From Escherichia phage DCP548, in the sequence record PQ671645.1: a DNA stretch of 64,000 nucleotides. One strand, written 5' to 3'. The notes beneath the pieces were generated by a model, which saw only the letters and a program-made list of their open reading frames with translations, was not told the origin of the DNA and searched no databases. The first letter of the stretch is position 1. Every line of letters starts with the position of its first letter. Positions 37,118-46,222 of the stretch are shown here, one piece after another. The translations under genes were made by a program, and so were the position numbers.

Positions 37118-37119
37118 AA

Positions 37120-37407
37120 CTAAAAGAAACTTTTTTCGGTATTTTTTCCACTGAACCAAACAGACTTCGGGATTTTTTGTAATTTTTCAGATTTAAGTTT
37201 CTCTTCCTGTTCTTTCTTATATACACCCTTGTCGTACTGGAGCATCTCTATGGCATTCTTTTGCAAATGATCTAAGGTAATTAAGGCTTTAGTTTTTCCT
37301 TTCAAGGAAGAGTCCTGGCGAACCTCCTCGCTATATTGCATCGTAGAACTAATCATACGATGAGCATAGAGTTCAACTGCGGCTTTAATTTTTTGCATAA
37401 AATCCAT
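37120..37407 (-). CDS. hypothetical protein
   Basis: 95-aa Lys/Glu-rich minus ORF. Confidence 0.4.
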   Translation of the reverse strand: MDFMQKIKAAVELYAHRMISSTMQYSEEVRQDSSLKGKTKALITLDHLQKNAIEMLQYDKGVYKKEQEEKLKSEKLQKIPKSVWFSGKNTEKSFF

Positions 37408-37545
37408 AACATATCCTCTTTGATTTGTACATCATTATTTTTAAATATTTCTATGCCCTCAGTAGGTTCCTAGTGTCCTTCTTTGAGGTAAGCCATATGA
37501 TTATTCATCTTTATGGCTTTTGTTACCTCAGAACTTCCTATAAGC

Positions 37546-38547
37546 TTATTTCAGTAAAGTTACTTCAGAGATTTCCTCCCAACCATCTTTATCAGTTGAA
37601 ATAAAATCTGCTACATAAAGAGCCGTACGTAATGATACATTGCGAAGACGAGATACGTTAGCCTTCATCCAGGACAATGCTTTATACGTTTCTGCATCCG
37701 TCAGACCACGTTTCTGCATCATGTCAGTAGATAATATTACGTCTTCAACTCGAACCATAATCTCTTCATTAGAGTGTACTCCAAGATCGAGATACACTGA
37801 ACGAGATACTAAAGCTTGAAGGTGTGGGGCAAGTTTCGAACCGCGTTCTAACTCTTTATCGATATCAACGTTTGTAATGAAAACGATAGTACCTTCAAAC
37901 TCAAATTCTTTATCAATACCCTTATCATCGAGATAAGATGACGCAGTGCTCCAACAAACTTTGCGTTTATCTCCAGTATCTAATGCTGCTTTAAGAAGGT
38001 TCAAGATGTCCATATCTGAGAATACGTCAACGTCGTCGATTAAGAGAACGCTGTCTGCATCACGGTTGAGCCAAAGTTGTTCGTAAAGGCCAATACCAGA
38101 GATTTTACCATTAATGCTTTTGTATTTGATGAAACCATTATCATTAGCATTATTAAGTGCTTTATCCAGAGAATACGTCTTACCAATACCAGCTGCACCT
38201 GAAATAATGAGTGAACGAATTTTGCCATCGATAATGCCATTCGTCATCATGTTCATTACTTTAAAGCGTTTGTTGATACGAGTTTTCATATCTTCAGTGC
38301 TTTCAACAACTGCAACTGGTGACGTCTCAACTCCTTCCATTACGATGTCTGATTTGAAGACCCATACTCCACGTTCAGAACCATCAATCATAACGAAAAT
38401 TTTACCATCACCTAAGTGGGAACATTCAGGATTAAGCTTTGCCGGGAACCAGGTCTTTGTGGCAACATAAGAACCAGAGATTTCGTTATTACGATAGATA
38501 CCTTTTTTGATTTGAACGTTGAACATTTTATTCTCCAATTTACTCAT
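37546..38547 (-). CDS. P-loop ATPase (AAA-like)
   Basis: 333 aa; Walker A GAAGIGKT, Walker B LLIDDVD. Confidence 0.6.
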   Translation of the reverse strand: MSKLENKMFNVQIKKGIYRNNEISGSYVATKTWFPAKLNPECSHLGDGKIFVMIDGSERGVWVFKSDIVMEGVETSPVAVVESTEDMKTRINKRFKVMNMMTNGIIDGKIRSLIISGAAGIGKTYSLDKALNNANDNGFIKYKSINGKISGIGLYEQLWLNRDADSVLLIDDVDVFSDMDILNLLKAALDTGDKRKVCWSTASSYLDDKGIDKEFEFEGTIVFITNVDIDKELERGSKLAPHLQALVSRSVYLDLGVHSNEEIMVRVEDVILSTDMMQKRGLTDAETYKALSWMKANVSRLRNVSLRTALYVADFISTDKDGWEEISEVTLLK

Positions 38548-38564
38548 TTCGTTTCGATAGGTCT

Positions 38565-38593
38565 ATAATAACATATCCTAAAAGCATGTACAC
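38565..38593 (-). promoter_or_regulatory. early promoter upstream of ATPase gene
   Basis: Minus GTGTAC, 17 nt, TATTAT. Confidence 0.45.
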
Positions 38594-38623
38594 CACTTTT
38601 TTAAATATTTTAACCCCCTAAAG

Positions 38624-38639
38624 GGACCCGAAGGTCCCC
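38624..38639 (-). other. intercistronic RNA hairpin with UUCG tetraloop
   Basis: GGGACC-UUCG-GGUCCC 4 nt after the stop of ORF 38644..38910, upstream of an early promoter. Confidence 0.5.
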
Positions 38640-38643
38640 ACAT

Positions 38644-38910
38644 TTACTTATCGCACTTAGCAACATAATTAGGCATATCACAGAATACGGAGCGAGTAAC
38701 TACTCGGCCCTTTGACCATGCTTCAGTTGCTTGTCCGGCGGTGCTATTAATATAGCTTGATCTAATGTTCTCAATACCCTGAGAATGTGATGCATTTACC
38801 GAACCATTAGAAGGCCCAGAAGACTGGTTACCACCAGCTCCTGCACCCGTGGTAGCACCAACAGAGAATGCCATCATTACTGCGAATAAACCAATTACTA
38901 ATTTTTTCAT
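38644..38910 (-). CDS. secreted small protein
   Basis: 88 aa; signal peptide then Gly/Ser/Asn-rich region, two C-terminal Cys. Confidence 0.45.
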   Translation of the reverse strand: MKKLVIGLFAVMMAFSVGATTGAGAGGNQSSGPSNGSVNASHSQGIENIRSSYINSTAGQATEAWSKGRVVTRSVFCDMPNYVAKCDK

Positions 38911-38941
38911 ATTTACCTCAAGTTAATGGTTATTTATCTAC

Positions 38942-39931
38942 TTATTTATAGTAAGAATTATGATTTTCGAGATAGACTTGTTCAAGGAAATCATCCCAGA
39001 AACTCATATCTACTTTTTGTTGCATACCGTTCTTGGCAGCTTGTTCTGACGCATGTTCAACTTGGTCGACGATATCTTCTAGGAATTCTTGTACAGTTTT
39101 AAACGTATGTTTACCGAGCTTAACATCGAGAATAAATGGAGCATCCTGAAGTGGGTAAACCAGGTCGCCGGTTTTATAAATTTCTAATAGTTGAAGTCCA
39201 CCACGACATGCATGACTCAATGCTTTCCAATCAATACCTTCGTTAGCTTCTGCCTTACGAGCACGTTCGCCATAGTTCTCTTCTAGTTTAACCAGGATGG
39301 CATTGAACTCTTTATTGGTTAATGTGTCTTGGAATTTACGGTCTAACAGATTATAGAATGTTTGCTTACCTGTTTTCTCGTTTTCGGTTTCAACCCATGA
39401 AGCAAATTCACCTACAGGCAGAACATTCTTCATATGTGATAAACGAATTACTGCACCATTATCAAAGTATTGTCCCCATTCATTAGAACGTTTAAGGGCT
39501 TGACGAAGAACAGCCAGTCGAGAACCCTTGACACCGTATTTAGAAGCTTGCTTACGGACATACCCTAAATAAGATTTCATGTTAGTGGTATAGAAACGAG
39601 ACCTGTTATCTTGAATATACTTCCATACATCAGGCAAATCAGATTTAACTACTAAACTTGGTGGAGTGTGAAGCATATCTAATGCGACGGTTTCACCATC
39701 TGCAGCTAATTTAAAGAAATATTTGAGACTATACAACTCGTGGTCCACGTCGTCTTTTGTATTCTTAGAAGATGTGTTATTCGTGTTCTTGCTCATATGT
39801 TCTTTAACGTTACCGGTCAAAATATCACGAGCATGAGGGACATAAATTTCTTTAAAATCGACGTCAGATTCAGGAGTAGACGTTCCATAAAGGTGGCTAC
39901 CAAAGTAGCCTTTCATAATTGTTTTCATCAT
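38942..39931 (-). CDS. pol-beta-superfamily nucleotidyltransferase-fold protein
   Basis: 329 aa; N-terminal GYFGSHLYGTSTPESDVDF (GS ... DxD signature). Confidence 0.5.
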   Translation of the reverse strand: MMKTIMKGYFGSHLYGTSTPESDVDFKEIYVPHARDILTGNVKEHMSKNTNNTSSKNTKDDVDHELYSLKYFFKLAADGETVALDMLHTPPSLVVKSDLPDVWKYIQDNRSRFYTTNMKSYLGYVRKQASKYGVKGSRLAVLRQALKRSNEWGQYFDNGAVIRLSHMKNVLPVGEFASWVETENEKTGKQTFYNLLDRKFQDTLTNKEFNAILVKLEENYGERARKAEANEGIDWKALSHACRGGLQLLEIYKTGDLVYPLQDAPFILDVKLGKHTFKTVQEFLEDIVDQVEHASEQAAKNGMQQKVDMSFWDDFLEQVYLENHNSYYK

Positions 39932-40401
39932 TTAGCCTTATATTCAAGAGTAGGACAGACTTTTTCTTTACGAGCTTTAAGGTATTCGCCTATTAATGAT
40001 TTCTTACGTTCAATAGGTTCAAGTCCATTTTTAATTCGTTCTTGGTTTTGTGCAATGAGCTCAATTTCTTTATAATATTTTCTGTCGTTATATTTGTCTA
40101 ACAACCAAGACGGACCAATTACCAACCCGGTAGCAATAAAAGCCATGACTGCTACCATTAAAATGCCTACGCCAATTGAGGCCGGAACTAATGTCCATAG
40201 ACTACTAAAAACAAAGAATTTAGTTAAAATTTCCTGGCCAATGATTGTGACTGCTGCTAAAATCGCAAATCCAATAATTGAAACAGCCAATACCGGGATT
40301 AGCGTTTTCCAAAAATAAGCACACAACGTTTTCGGACGATTCCATGTACTATTGAACGCGGCATAAATTTTAAAGTGCCAAGAGTTTTCATTGATAATCA
40401 T
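39928..40401 (-). CDS. membrane protein
   Basis: 157 aa with three to four TM segments. Confidence 0.45.
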   Translation of the reverse strand: MIINENSWHFKIYAAFNSTWNRPKTLCAYFWKTLIPVLAVSIIGFAILAAVTIIGQEILTKFFVFSSLWTLVPASIGVGILMVAVMAFIATGLVIGPSWLLDKYNDRKYYKEIELIAQNQERIKNGLEPIERKKSLIGEYLKARKEKVCPTLEYKAK

Positions 40402-40410
40402 AATAATTCC

Positions 40411-40941
40411 TTATTTCAAAGTCGGGATAATAGAATCAAGATAAGCTTTAAGAGCAACTGCTTCATCTTTGTCTAATGTAACGATATGTTGACGAAGGTC
40501 ATCAATTTGACGAATAACTACGACATCACCATCTTCATAAGAAGGATTAACGCCTAGGACTGTTGTATAGTTAGGGCGGTCCTGATTTGTAATAAAAGCA
40601 TTACGGCATTTAGCCCATTGAAGTTTGGCCTTTTTGGCTGTTTCAGATTCCATTAATTCTTTCACCTTAGTGACGAATGTTTTCCAATTATTAATAGAAA
40701 AACATTCGTCTTCAGTTTCGATATTAACCCCACTATAAAGTCCATGATAAAAACGAACTTGAAGGTCTTCGTTAATGTTAATTACAGATGCATGACCCGG
40801 TGGATTGAGTTTCAAAATCTTGTCCAGTTCCATAGGAAGAATAGTAGCAGCATCATCTTCTTGTGTCAGAACATACACATAACCACGTTTTTCAATACAT
40901 AAATCACCAAACAACTCGGTTGTTTCAATTACAGTTTTCAT
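40411..40941 (-). CDS. hypothetical protein
   Basis: Track ORF starts at TTG; trimmed to ATG at 40941 (MKTVIETTEL...). Confidence 0.45.
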   Translation of the reverse strand: MKTVIETTELFGDLCIEKRGYVYVLTQEDDAATILPMELDKILKLNPPGHASVININEDLQVRFYHGLYSGVNIETEDECFSINNWKTFVTKVKELMESETAKKAKLQWAKCRNAFITNQDRPNYTTVLGVNPSYEDGDVVVIRQIDDLRQHIVTLDKDEAVALKAYLDSIIPTLK

Positions 40942-40942
40942 A

Positions 40943-41122
40943 TTATTCACCAATTAAAGTTTCAACAAAATTCACCAAAGCATTCTGGCAAGCATCAACC
41001 TGATTTTCATAAAAGTCTTCGTTATCATTTACCGCATGATAAGCTACATCATTCAAATCTGAATCGGCTTCACGTAAGTCACGGATAAGGTCCATCAATT
41101 TATTAGCTTGTTCACGGGTCAT
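40943..41122 (-). CDS. small acidic ORF (59 aa)
   Basis: Hand-found; start overlaps the stop of the upstream peptide (ATGA). Confidence 0.3.
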   Translation of the reverse strand: MTREQANKLMDLIRDLREADSDLNDVAYHAVNDNEDFYENQVDACQNALVNFVETLIGE

Positions 41123-41229
41123 TTTACCATACTCGTTTCAATAAGATTCACTATGCCGTTTACCATGTTATAAGTAAACATCGGATAATTGTATTGTACT
41201 ACAACATAAGCGATAAGCAAAAGTTTCAT
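41119..41229 (-). CDS. small hydrophobic peptide (36 aa)
   Basis: Hand-found; GGAGAA RBS before ATG at 41229; early promoter upstream. Confidence 0.3.
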   Translation of the reverse strand: MKLLLIAYVVVQYNYPMFTYNMVNGIVNLIETSMVK

Positions 41230-41248
41230 TTTGTTCTCCATTTGTTTT

Positions 41249-41287
41249 GGTAGGATTACTATATCATAGTCCTACCAAGACGTAAAC
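41249..41287 (-). promoter_or_regulatory. early promoter with inverted repeat
   Basis: Minus GTTTAC, 18 nt, TATAGT; inverted repeat GGTAGGA/TCCTACC. Confidence 0.5.
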
Positions 41288-41577
41288 TACCGATTATGTT
41301 TTAAAATACTATAAAGAGCTTCTACTTGGCTTGCATCCAGGTAAATAACATCATCATCTTGCTCAATGGAAATTCCGCCAGTATTACCTTCAACGAAATT
41401 ACATTCGCATACTTCAACGGTGCGATATACATCACCAACTGGATGCTCAGGCTCCAGAACAATCACACCATCTTCAGAACAACCGCTTGGGTCATATAAC
41501 ATTACAGTTTCCTCGCCAACCATGAAAAGAATAAACCAATTAAAACAGGTCCTACAGCCATTGTTAACCAAGCCCAA
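41287..41577 (-). CDS. small Cys-containing protein, paralog of 41594..41812
   Basis: Shared MLYD..G.SEDGV..L.PE motif and CxxC pairs. Confidence 0.4.
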   Translation of the reverse strand: MGLVNNGCRTCFNWFILFMVGEETVMLYDPSGCSEDGVIVLEPEHPVGDVYRTVEVCECNFVEGNTGGISIEQDDDVIYLDASQVEALYSILKHNR

Positions 41578-41593
41578 GGTTCAAGATAATAAA

Positions 41594-41812
41594 TCATCTC
41601 ATGCTCCTGTGCCAACAGTTTCTTGGTTCACGTTTAAAAATTTCATCATGCATTGATTGACAACCAACACAATATATCACCACCATATCATCATCTTCAG
41701 CGCTTTCAGGTAAAAGTTCAAGTACACCGTCTTCAGATTTTCCAGTATAATCGTAAAGCATAATATCCTCACATAATCTCGTTAACATACATTTGCAATT
41801 CGGTGTGGGCAT
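41594..41812 (-). CDS. small Cys-containing protein, paralog of 41287..41577
   Basis: 72 aa; MLYDYTGKSEDGVLELLPE..., CVGC. Confidence 0.4.
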   Translation of the reverse strand: MPTPNCKCMLTRLCEDIMLYDYTGKSEDGVLELLPESAEDDDMVVIYCVGCQSMHDEIFKREPRNCWHRSMR

Positions 41813-41948
41813 CTGCCATCTTTTTCATAGCTCTGTTAATGTCGATGTCTCCATCTTCGCAACCATGAGCATTTTCCCAATCAGATACCGCATTAGCGTA
41901 CTCTTCAATCAAAAACATTAACTTAGAAATTTTTTCTTTACGTGACAT
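41769..41948 (-). CDS. hypothetical small protein
   Basis: Trimmed to ATG at 41948 (MSRKEKISKL...) with GAGGAG RBS; the longer track frame runs into the terminator. Confidence 0.4.
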   Translation of the reverse strand: MSRKEKISKLMFLIEEYANAVSDWENAHGCEDGDIDINRAMKKMADAHTELQMYVNEIM

Positions 41949-42015
41949 AACGTTCTCCTCTAGTAAGTAAGGACTACTATAACACAACCTAAGGAAAAGT
42001 AAACTGATAGATGCC

Positions 42016-42043
42016 AAAAAGCCCCAACCTTTCGGAAGGGGCT
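42016..42043 (-). terminator. rho-independent terminator
   Basis: Minus-strand GC-rich stem (GCCCC...GGGGC) with GAAA loop then UUUUU; downstream of ORF 42050..42352. Confidence 0.6.
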
Positions 42044-42049
42044 AGTAAA

Positions 42050-42352
42050 TTAGATAGATGTAGGCTCTAATTTTATTTTCATGAACTCGGCAAATTGTCT
42101 GGCAGTTTTTATGCCTTGTTCATGACATTCAAATGCATCATCACAGGGGCTATTTTTGTAATGCTTTGCCATATACTTATAGAATTTTTCAGAATTCTCT
42201 ACATTTTGAATTTCAAACAAAGTATATACGTTTTTAATCCCTGATTCCATAAAGTTATCAAAATATGGGTCGGTGTACGCAGTACCAACGATAGGAGTTG
42301 TTGCTGCAAAAAACCCCAGCATCGCCATGACAGCTATCGCTCTTAAGGCCAT
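42050..42352 (-). CDS. secreted protein
   Basis: 100 aa with N-terminal signal peptide. Confidence 0.45.
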   Translation of the reverse strand: MALRAIAVMAMLGFFAATTPIVGTAYTDPYFDNFMESGIKNVYTLFEIQNVENSEKFYKYMAKHYKNSPCDDAFECHEQGIKTARQFAEFMKIKLEPTSI

Positions 42353-42364
42353 ATAGGCCTCCTG

Positions 42365-42577
42365 TTAATTTTGGCCAGTATTTATTTTTCGCCTTTGGAC
42401 GGCCTTAACATCTGTGAGGTATTTTTCCAGCTTGCGCTTGCGTGTATAATCAGCTTTAGAACCAGTTTGACGGATATCCTCGTTTAAATGAGAAATAGAA
42501 TGTCCTAATTCTCTTCGGATTTCATCCAATTGGGCTACAGTAAGATTACGAAGTTGTCTTTCGTTTAATTGCTGCAT
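42365..42577 (-). CDS. hypothetical basic protein
   Basis: 70-aa minus ORF. Confidence 0.4.
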   Translation of the reverse strand: MQQLNERQLRNLTVAQLDEIRRELGHSISHLNEDIRQTGSKADYTRKRKLEKYLTDVKAVQRRKINTGQN

Positions 42578-42604
42578 ATATACCTCTTGGTTAGATATTA
42601 GTAT

Positions 42605-43186
42605 TTATAACAACCCTGTCAAATCATTCCAATGCTTCCGGCATAATGACACATATCTATCAGTATCACCAATTTCAATTTGACTGCCATCTGTAATTGG
42701 AAGTCCGTCTTCCGTGACTCTAGCTACCATTGTGGCCTTTTTACCACAATGACAGACACCTTTAAGTTCAACAAGCTTATCGGCAATAGCCATTAATGCT
42801 TGAGAACCTTCAAATAGATTACCTTTAAAATCTGTTCGTAGTCCATATGCCATTACCGGCACATTGTATACGTCAACAATACGACTAAGTTGATACACCT
42901 TTTCAGTAGTTAAGAATTGAGCTTCGTCAACAAATACACAATGAATATCCTTTTGTGCTGCAGCCCATTTATAGAATTCAAAGATATCCATGTCTTTTGT
43001 AATTATATTGGCGTCCTGACGAATACCAATACGAGAGACTATTTCACCTTTTGAATCGCGAGTATCAATAGCCGGTTTAAGAACTAATACACCCATGCCA
43101 CGTTCTTTATAGTTATGTGCGGCAGTAAGTAATGAAGCAGACTTACCAGCGTTCATAGCGGCATATGTAAAAATTAAACTAGCCAT
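42605..43186 (-). CDS. tk: thymidine kinase
   Basis: 193 aa; MASLIFTYAAMNAGKSASLL..., VFVDEAQF, CHCGKKA zinc motif; matches remembered T4 Tk. Confidence 0.93.
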   Translation of the reverse strand: MASLIFTYAAMNAGKSASLLTAAHNYKERGMGVLVLKPAIDTRDSKGEIVSRIGIRQDANIITKDMDIFEFYKWAAAQKDIHCVFVDEAQFLTTEKVYQLSRIVDVYNVPVMAYGLRTDFKGNLFEGSQALMAIADKLVELKGVCHCGKKATMVARVTEDGLPITDGSQIEIGDTDRYVSLCRKHWNDLTGLL

Positions 43187-43195
43187 AAGAGTCCC

Positions 43196-43378
43196 TTATA
43201 GTGAATTCACGTAGTCAATGAGTTCTTGTTCTTTCCTGTCAAATGATTCCAACAATGTTTGATATTCTTCATCCGTCAAAGGAGCATATTCATCGTACGC
43301 ATTGGTGGCTGCTTGCTCATCCAATAGGTCATGGATAAGTTCGAACAGTTTAGCTTTCTCTTCTTTAGTTAATTTCAT
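43196..43378 (-). CDS. hypothetical small acidic protein
   Basis: 60-aa minus ORF. Confidence 0.4.
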   Translation of the reverse strand: MKLTKEEKAKLFELIHDLLDEQAATNAYDEYAPLTDEEYQTLLESFDRKEQELIDYVNSL

Positions 43379-43587
43379 TTAGGTTCACCTTCTTTAACGA
43401 AATCCGGGTAAGGGTAAAATCCTGAGTAAAACCCTTCACCTTTATGATTGCTACAACCTTTGTTCGAACAGTAACACCAATAATCAAAATCACAAGCCAT
43501 TTCGTCATTGCATAAAGCAAAAACTACAGGCCATTCGCATTTTTCGCATTTAGCACCTGTAAGAATTTTTGTTTGACTCATAACCAT
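43375..43587 (-). CDS. small Cys-rich protein
   Basis: 70 aa with 8 Cys. Confidence 0.4.
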   Translation of the reverse strand: MVMSQTKILTGAKCEKCEWPVVFALCNDEMACDFDYWCYCSNKGCSNHKGEGFYSGFYPYPDFVKEGEPK

Positions 43588-43805
43588 GTCACCTTTAAGC
43601 AGTATTCTTCTACATGCTGTTTACGACCTTTCTTATCAATAAAGGTATATTCAACGAATGTTCCGATGTAGTCTTTATCTACATCATGTGGACTATTAAT
43701 TGGACATTTGGTACGACAAATGCGTTCCCATTGACGAATAATTACTACCTTATTCTTTGGGTCATATGGATGTGGATAATGTATATTCATAATAACGGTT
43801 CCCAA
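43578..43805 (-). CDS. hypothetical protein
   Basis: 75-aa minus ORF. Confidence 0.4.
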   Translation of the reverse strand: MGTVIMNIHYPHPYDPKNKVVIIRQWERICRTKCPINSPHDVDKDYIGTFVEYTFIDKKGRKQHVEEYCLKVTWL

Positions 43806-44284
43806 TCAACAATCACAATTTCTAGTTTAGTGGAATACGTATCTAAAATCTCTTCGATGACATCCCAGTTTCCACCACCGATACCTGCACCAATTCTTGG
43901 CATATAAATTACAGGCTTTGTTATCTTATTCTTTCCGAATTCATTTAATTCTATTATACAATTCATTAAAGCAGAGTACTCAAAATTAGGTCCCGGCTCA
44001 AACTGCGTATAAAGATTAAAGCAATAAGCTTTATGGGTCTTAAAATATTTTTCATAAACCGAATAAGTCCCGAGTTTAGACTTGTCTCCGAATTCGGTTT
44101 GAAGTTTATCGGCTTCTAAAATTTTTGGATAAGCCTTTGCTAATTGTCCTGCCACACCAGCGCCCATTGTATGAAAACAATTACACCCATGAGCAATATT
44201 ATTACCTTTAGAAAACAGGGCGACAATATCGCCCTTGATATAGTTTTTAATCACTTGCTGCAAGTCCTCTATTATAAGAGTCAA
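43787..44284 (-). CDS. macro-domain protein (ADP-ribose binding/processing fold)
   Basis: 165 aa; NIAHGCNCFHTMGAGVAGQLAKAY and IGAGIGGGNW glycine-rich loops. Confidence 0.6.
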   Translation of the reverse strand: MTLIIEDLQQVIKNYIKGDIVALFSKGNNIAHGCNCFHTMGAGVAGQLAKAYPKILEADKLQTEFGDKSKLGTYSVYEKYFKTHKAYCFNLYTQFEPGPNFEYSALMNCIIELNEFGKNKITKPVIYMPRIGAGIGGGNWDVIEEILDTYSTKLEIVIVDWEPLL

Positions 44285-44594
44285 CTAGACGGTCCACCAT
44301 AGAATTGCATGCTGCCTTATCTTTAGGTTCCGCCACCGAGCATTCTAATATTTGCCATTTTTTATAGTATCTTTTAATTAAGGTAGACGCCTTGAACCTA
44401 CTAGACGCCCCATCTTTTTCTCCGTCTTTATACGCATATAACAATTTTTGTGAAAAATCTACTTTACACTCTTGACTTTTACCACAATAATCAGACGCCG
44501 TTCTGTTTGTATACTCCGTTACATCAGTATATGTAGTATTAGCAAGAGCGTTAAATGAAACCAAGCTAACTATTAAAGCCAACATTTTGGTCAT
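44247..44594 (-). CDS. secreted protein
   Basis: 115 aa with signal peptide MTKMLALIVSLVSFNALA. Confidence 0.45.
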   Translation of the reverse strand: MTKMLALIVSLVSFNALANTTYTDVTEYTNRTASDYCGKSQECKVDFSQKLLYAYKDGEKDGASSRFKASTLIKRYYKKWQILECSVAEPKDKAACNSMVDRLVDSYNRGLAASD

Positions 44595-45133
44595 TCTTTT
44601 ATTTCCAGTAGTTTATTTGATTTAAGGTAATTAGCCTTTTCTAGGACTTCAGAAGCATATTTACTTCCAGCACTTGTCTTCCATCCCGCATTATATGAGG
44701 ATATAGCTTTTCTTATATCCCCGTTATGTATATTTAACCAATAAGAAAATTCGATATAAGCCCATCTGGCTGAATTAGACCGCTTAGATAGCATTTTCTT
44801 AATTTGGGCATCAGTCATATTGTAACCAAGCTGGTTAATTCTTGCCCTCATTGTTGGTAGATAATTTTGGAACATTCCATACGCATGGTGACCTTTCTTA
44901 TCTTTAAGATTAATACCGGCAGATGATTCTTGCCATAGTATTGCGGCCATTATGTATCCAAGTCCTTTCTTATGCATATTTTCATGCGTTTTAAATTTTC
45001 CATCCTTAGAAAACTGTTCCCCAAACTGATAAGCATAATTCAAGTTATCGAGTTGGACATTACTAAAAGTATGCTCGGAGCTATGTGCTGATAATGAAAG
45101 AGCAAATAGACCAGCGAGTAGTGCTTTTCTCAT
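44591..45133 (-). CDS. secreted lysozyme-like / lytic transglycosylase-like protein
   Basis: 180 aa; signal peptide then ...ILWQESSAG... (SLT-type E-S motif). Confidence 0.45.
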   Translation of the reverse strand: MRKALLAGLFALSLSAHSSEHTFSNVQLDNLNYAYQFGEQFSKDGKFKTHENMHKKGLGYIMAAILWQESSAGINLKDKKGHHAYGMFQNYLPTMRARINQLGYNMTDAQIKKMLSKRSNSARWAYIEFSYWLNIHNGDIRKAISSYNAGWKTSAGSKYASEVLEKANYLKSNKLLEIKE

Positions 45134-45141
45134 GTTTACCT

Positions 45142-45600
45142 CTAGATTTTAATCACTGCTTTAGAAGCTTTTCCGGGTAGTCGTTTACTGTTAATAATAG
45201 CCATTCTGCATTGAAGAGTCTTCATTTTGAATGCTGGATTTTCGCGACAAACTGTAAGTCCTAACCAAAGATTTCCATCAGTTATTTCTAAACGGCCTGG
45301 GCGATATTCGACACCTTCGACAAAATCTTCATCAACATCTGGACGTGCTGGCATTGATAAAAATTCTGCAACTTCTTTAACATGATTTTTTACTTTACGA
45401 AATAATTCAAAAACGTAATTCTCATCTATTTCTCTCTGGATGGCACGATCTAAGAGATGTTGAGAATACTTGATATGAAAGCCTGGTAGTCCAAGAGACT
45501 TTGCAGCATCTTTTATACTGGCATTTATTTTGCGGAACTCCGTTTCAAAGATTCGACGGAGTTTATTACGGCGGATAAAAACGTCTGAATTGATAGTCAT
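45142..45600 (-). CDS. regB: RegB endoribonuclease
   Basis: 152 aa; MTINSDVFIRRNKLRR...GVEYRPGRLEITDGNLWLG...QCRMAIINSKRLPGKASKAVIK matches remembered T4 RegB. Confidence 0.85.
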   Translation of the reverse strand: MTINSDVFIRRNKLRRIFETEFRKINASIKDAAKSLGLPGFHIKYSQHLLDRAIQREIDENYVFELFRKVKNHVKEVAEFLSMPARPDVDEDFVEGVEYRPGRLEITDGNLWLGLTVCRENPAFKMKTLQCRMAIINSKRLPGKASKAVIKI

Positions 45601-45608
45601 TTTGATTT

Positions 45609-45657
45609 CTCCTCTAGTTGACAGGTCTATAGTAACACAACTAGAGGAGAAGTAAAC
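45609..45657 (-). promoter_or_regulatory. early promoter with 12-bp inverted repeat, upstream of regB
   Basis: Minus GTTTAC then -10 region; perfect inverted repeat CTCCTCTAGTTG / CAACTAGAGGAG. Confidence 0.55.
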
Positions 45658-45956
45658 TACTCTTTGAAAGGAATTAACTTTTTAACTGCTTTAGATACTT
45701 CGTCACGAACCTGATGGAAGTTCTTGAGCTGTTCAAGGCGTTGTTCGTAATACGCAATCTCATCTTCTTCAAGACAATCGTCAGCGTCTTCTTTCAGATA
45801 TGCCTTGTACTCATTAAAGAGGGCCCATAGGCGGTTCTCAAAGTCATCAAGGCTTTGAATTTTCTTGTGCTTCGGAACAAGGCCAAAAGGATTGCTTTCA
45901 GTTATGCGTCTAGATGATTCATAATGAGTTCCAAAGCCTGATAGGATTTGAGCCAT
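45657..45956 (-). CDS. hypothetical protein
   Basis: 99-aa minus ORF. Confidence 0.45.
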   Translation of the reverse strand: MAQILSGFGTHYESSRRITESNPFGLVPKHKKIQSLDDFENRLWALFNEYKAYLKEDADDCLEEDEIAYYEQRLEQLKNFHQVRDEVSKAVKKLIPFKE

Positions 45957-46222
45957 TAGTATTTTTCCTCAGGTCGAAATACTGCACGACAGGCCCACAT
46001 GCTGGCTTCTTTTAGATGTTGCTTAGCATACTTAAGAGCCTGCACTGCATCCATATCTTCTTTGGTTTGTTGCTCTGATTCATTTTCTTTCAAGATATAT
46101 GCTTCTTCAATCAGAGCATCAAACATCAATCCAAGACGGACTTCTGCGTCTTTAATAGCGTTCACTTTACTGATTTTATCATCGGTATGTGGCTTGTAGC
46201 CTTTGATGTCTTCAATCGACAT
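45956..46222 (-). CDS. hypothetical protein
   Basis: Track ORF trimmed to ATG at 46222 ([10 protein letters not shown]...) with GAGGAA RBS. Confidence 0.4.
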   Translation of the reverse strand: MSIEDIKGYKPHTDDKISKVNAIKDAEVRLGLMFDALIEEAYILKENESEQQTKEDMDAVQALKYAKQHLKEASMWACRAVFRPEEKY

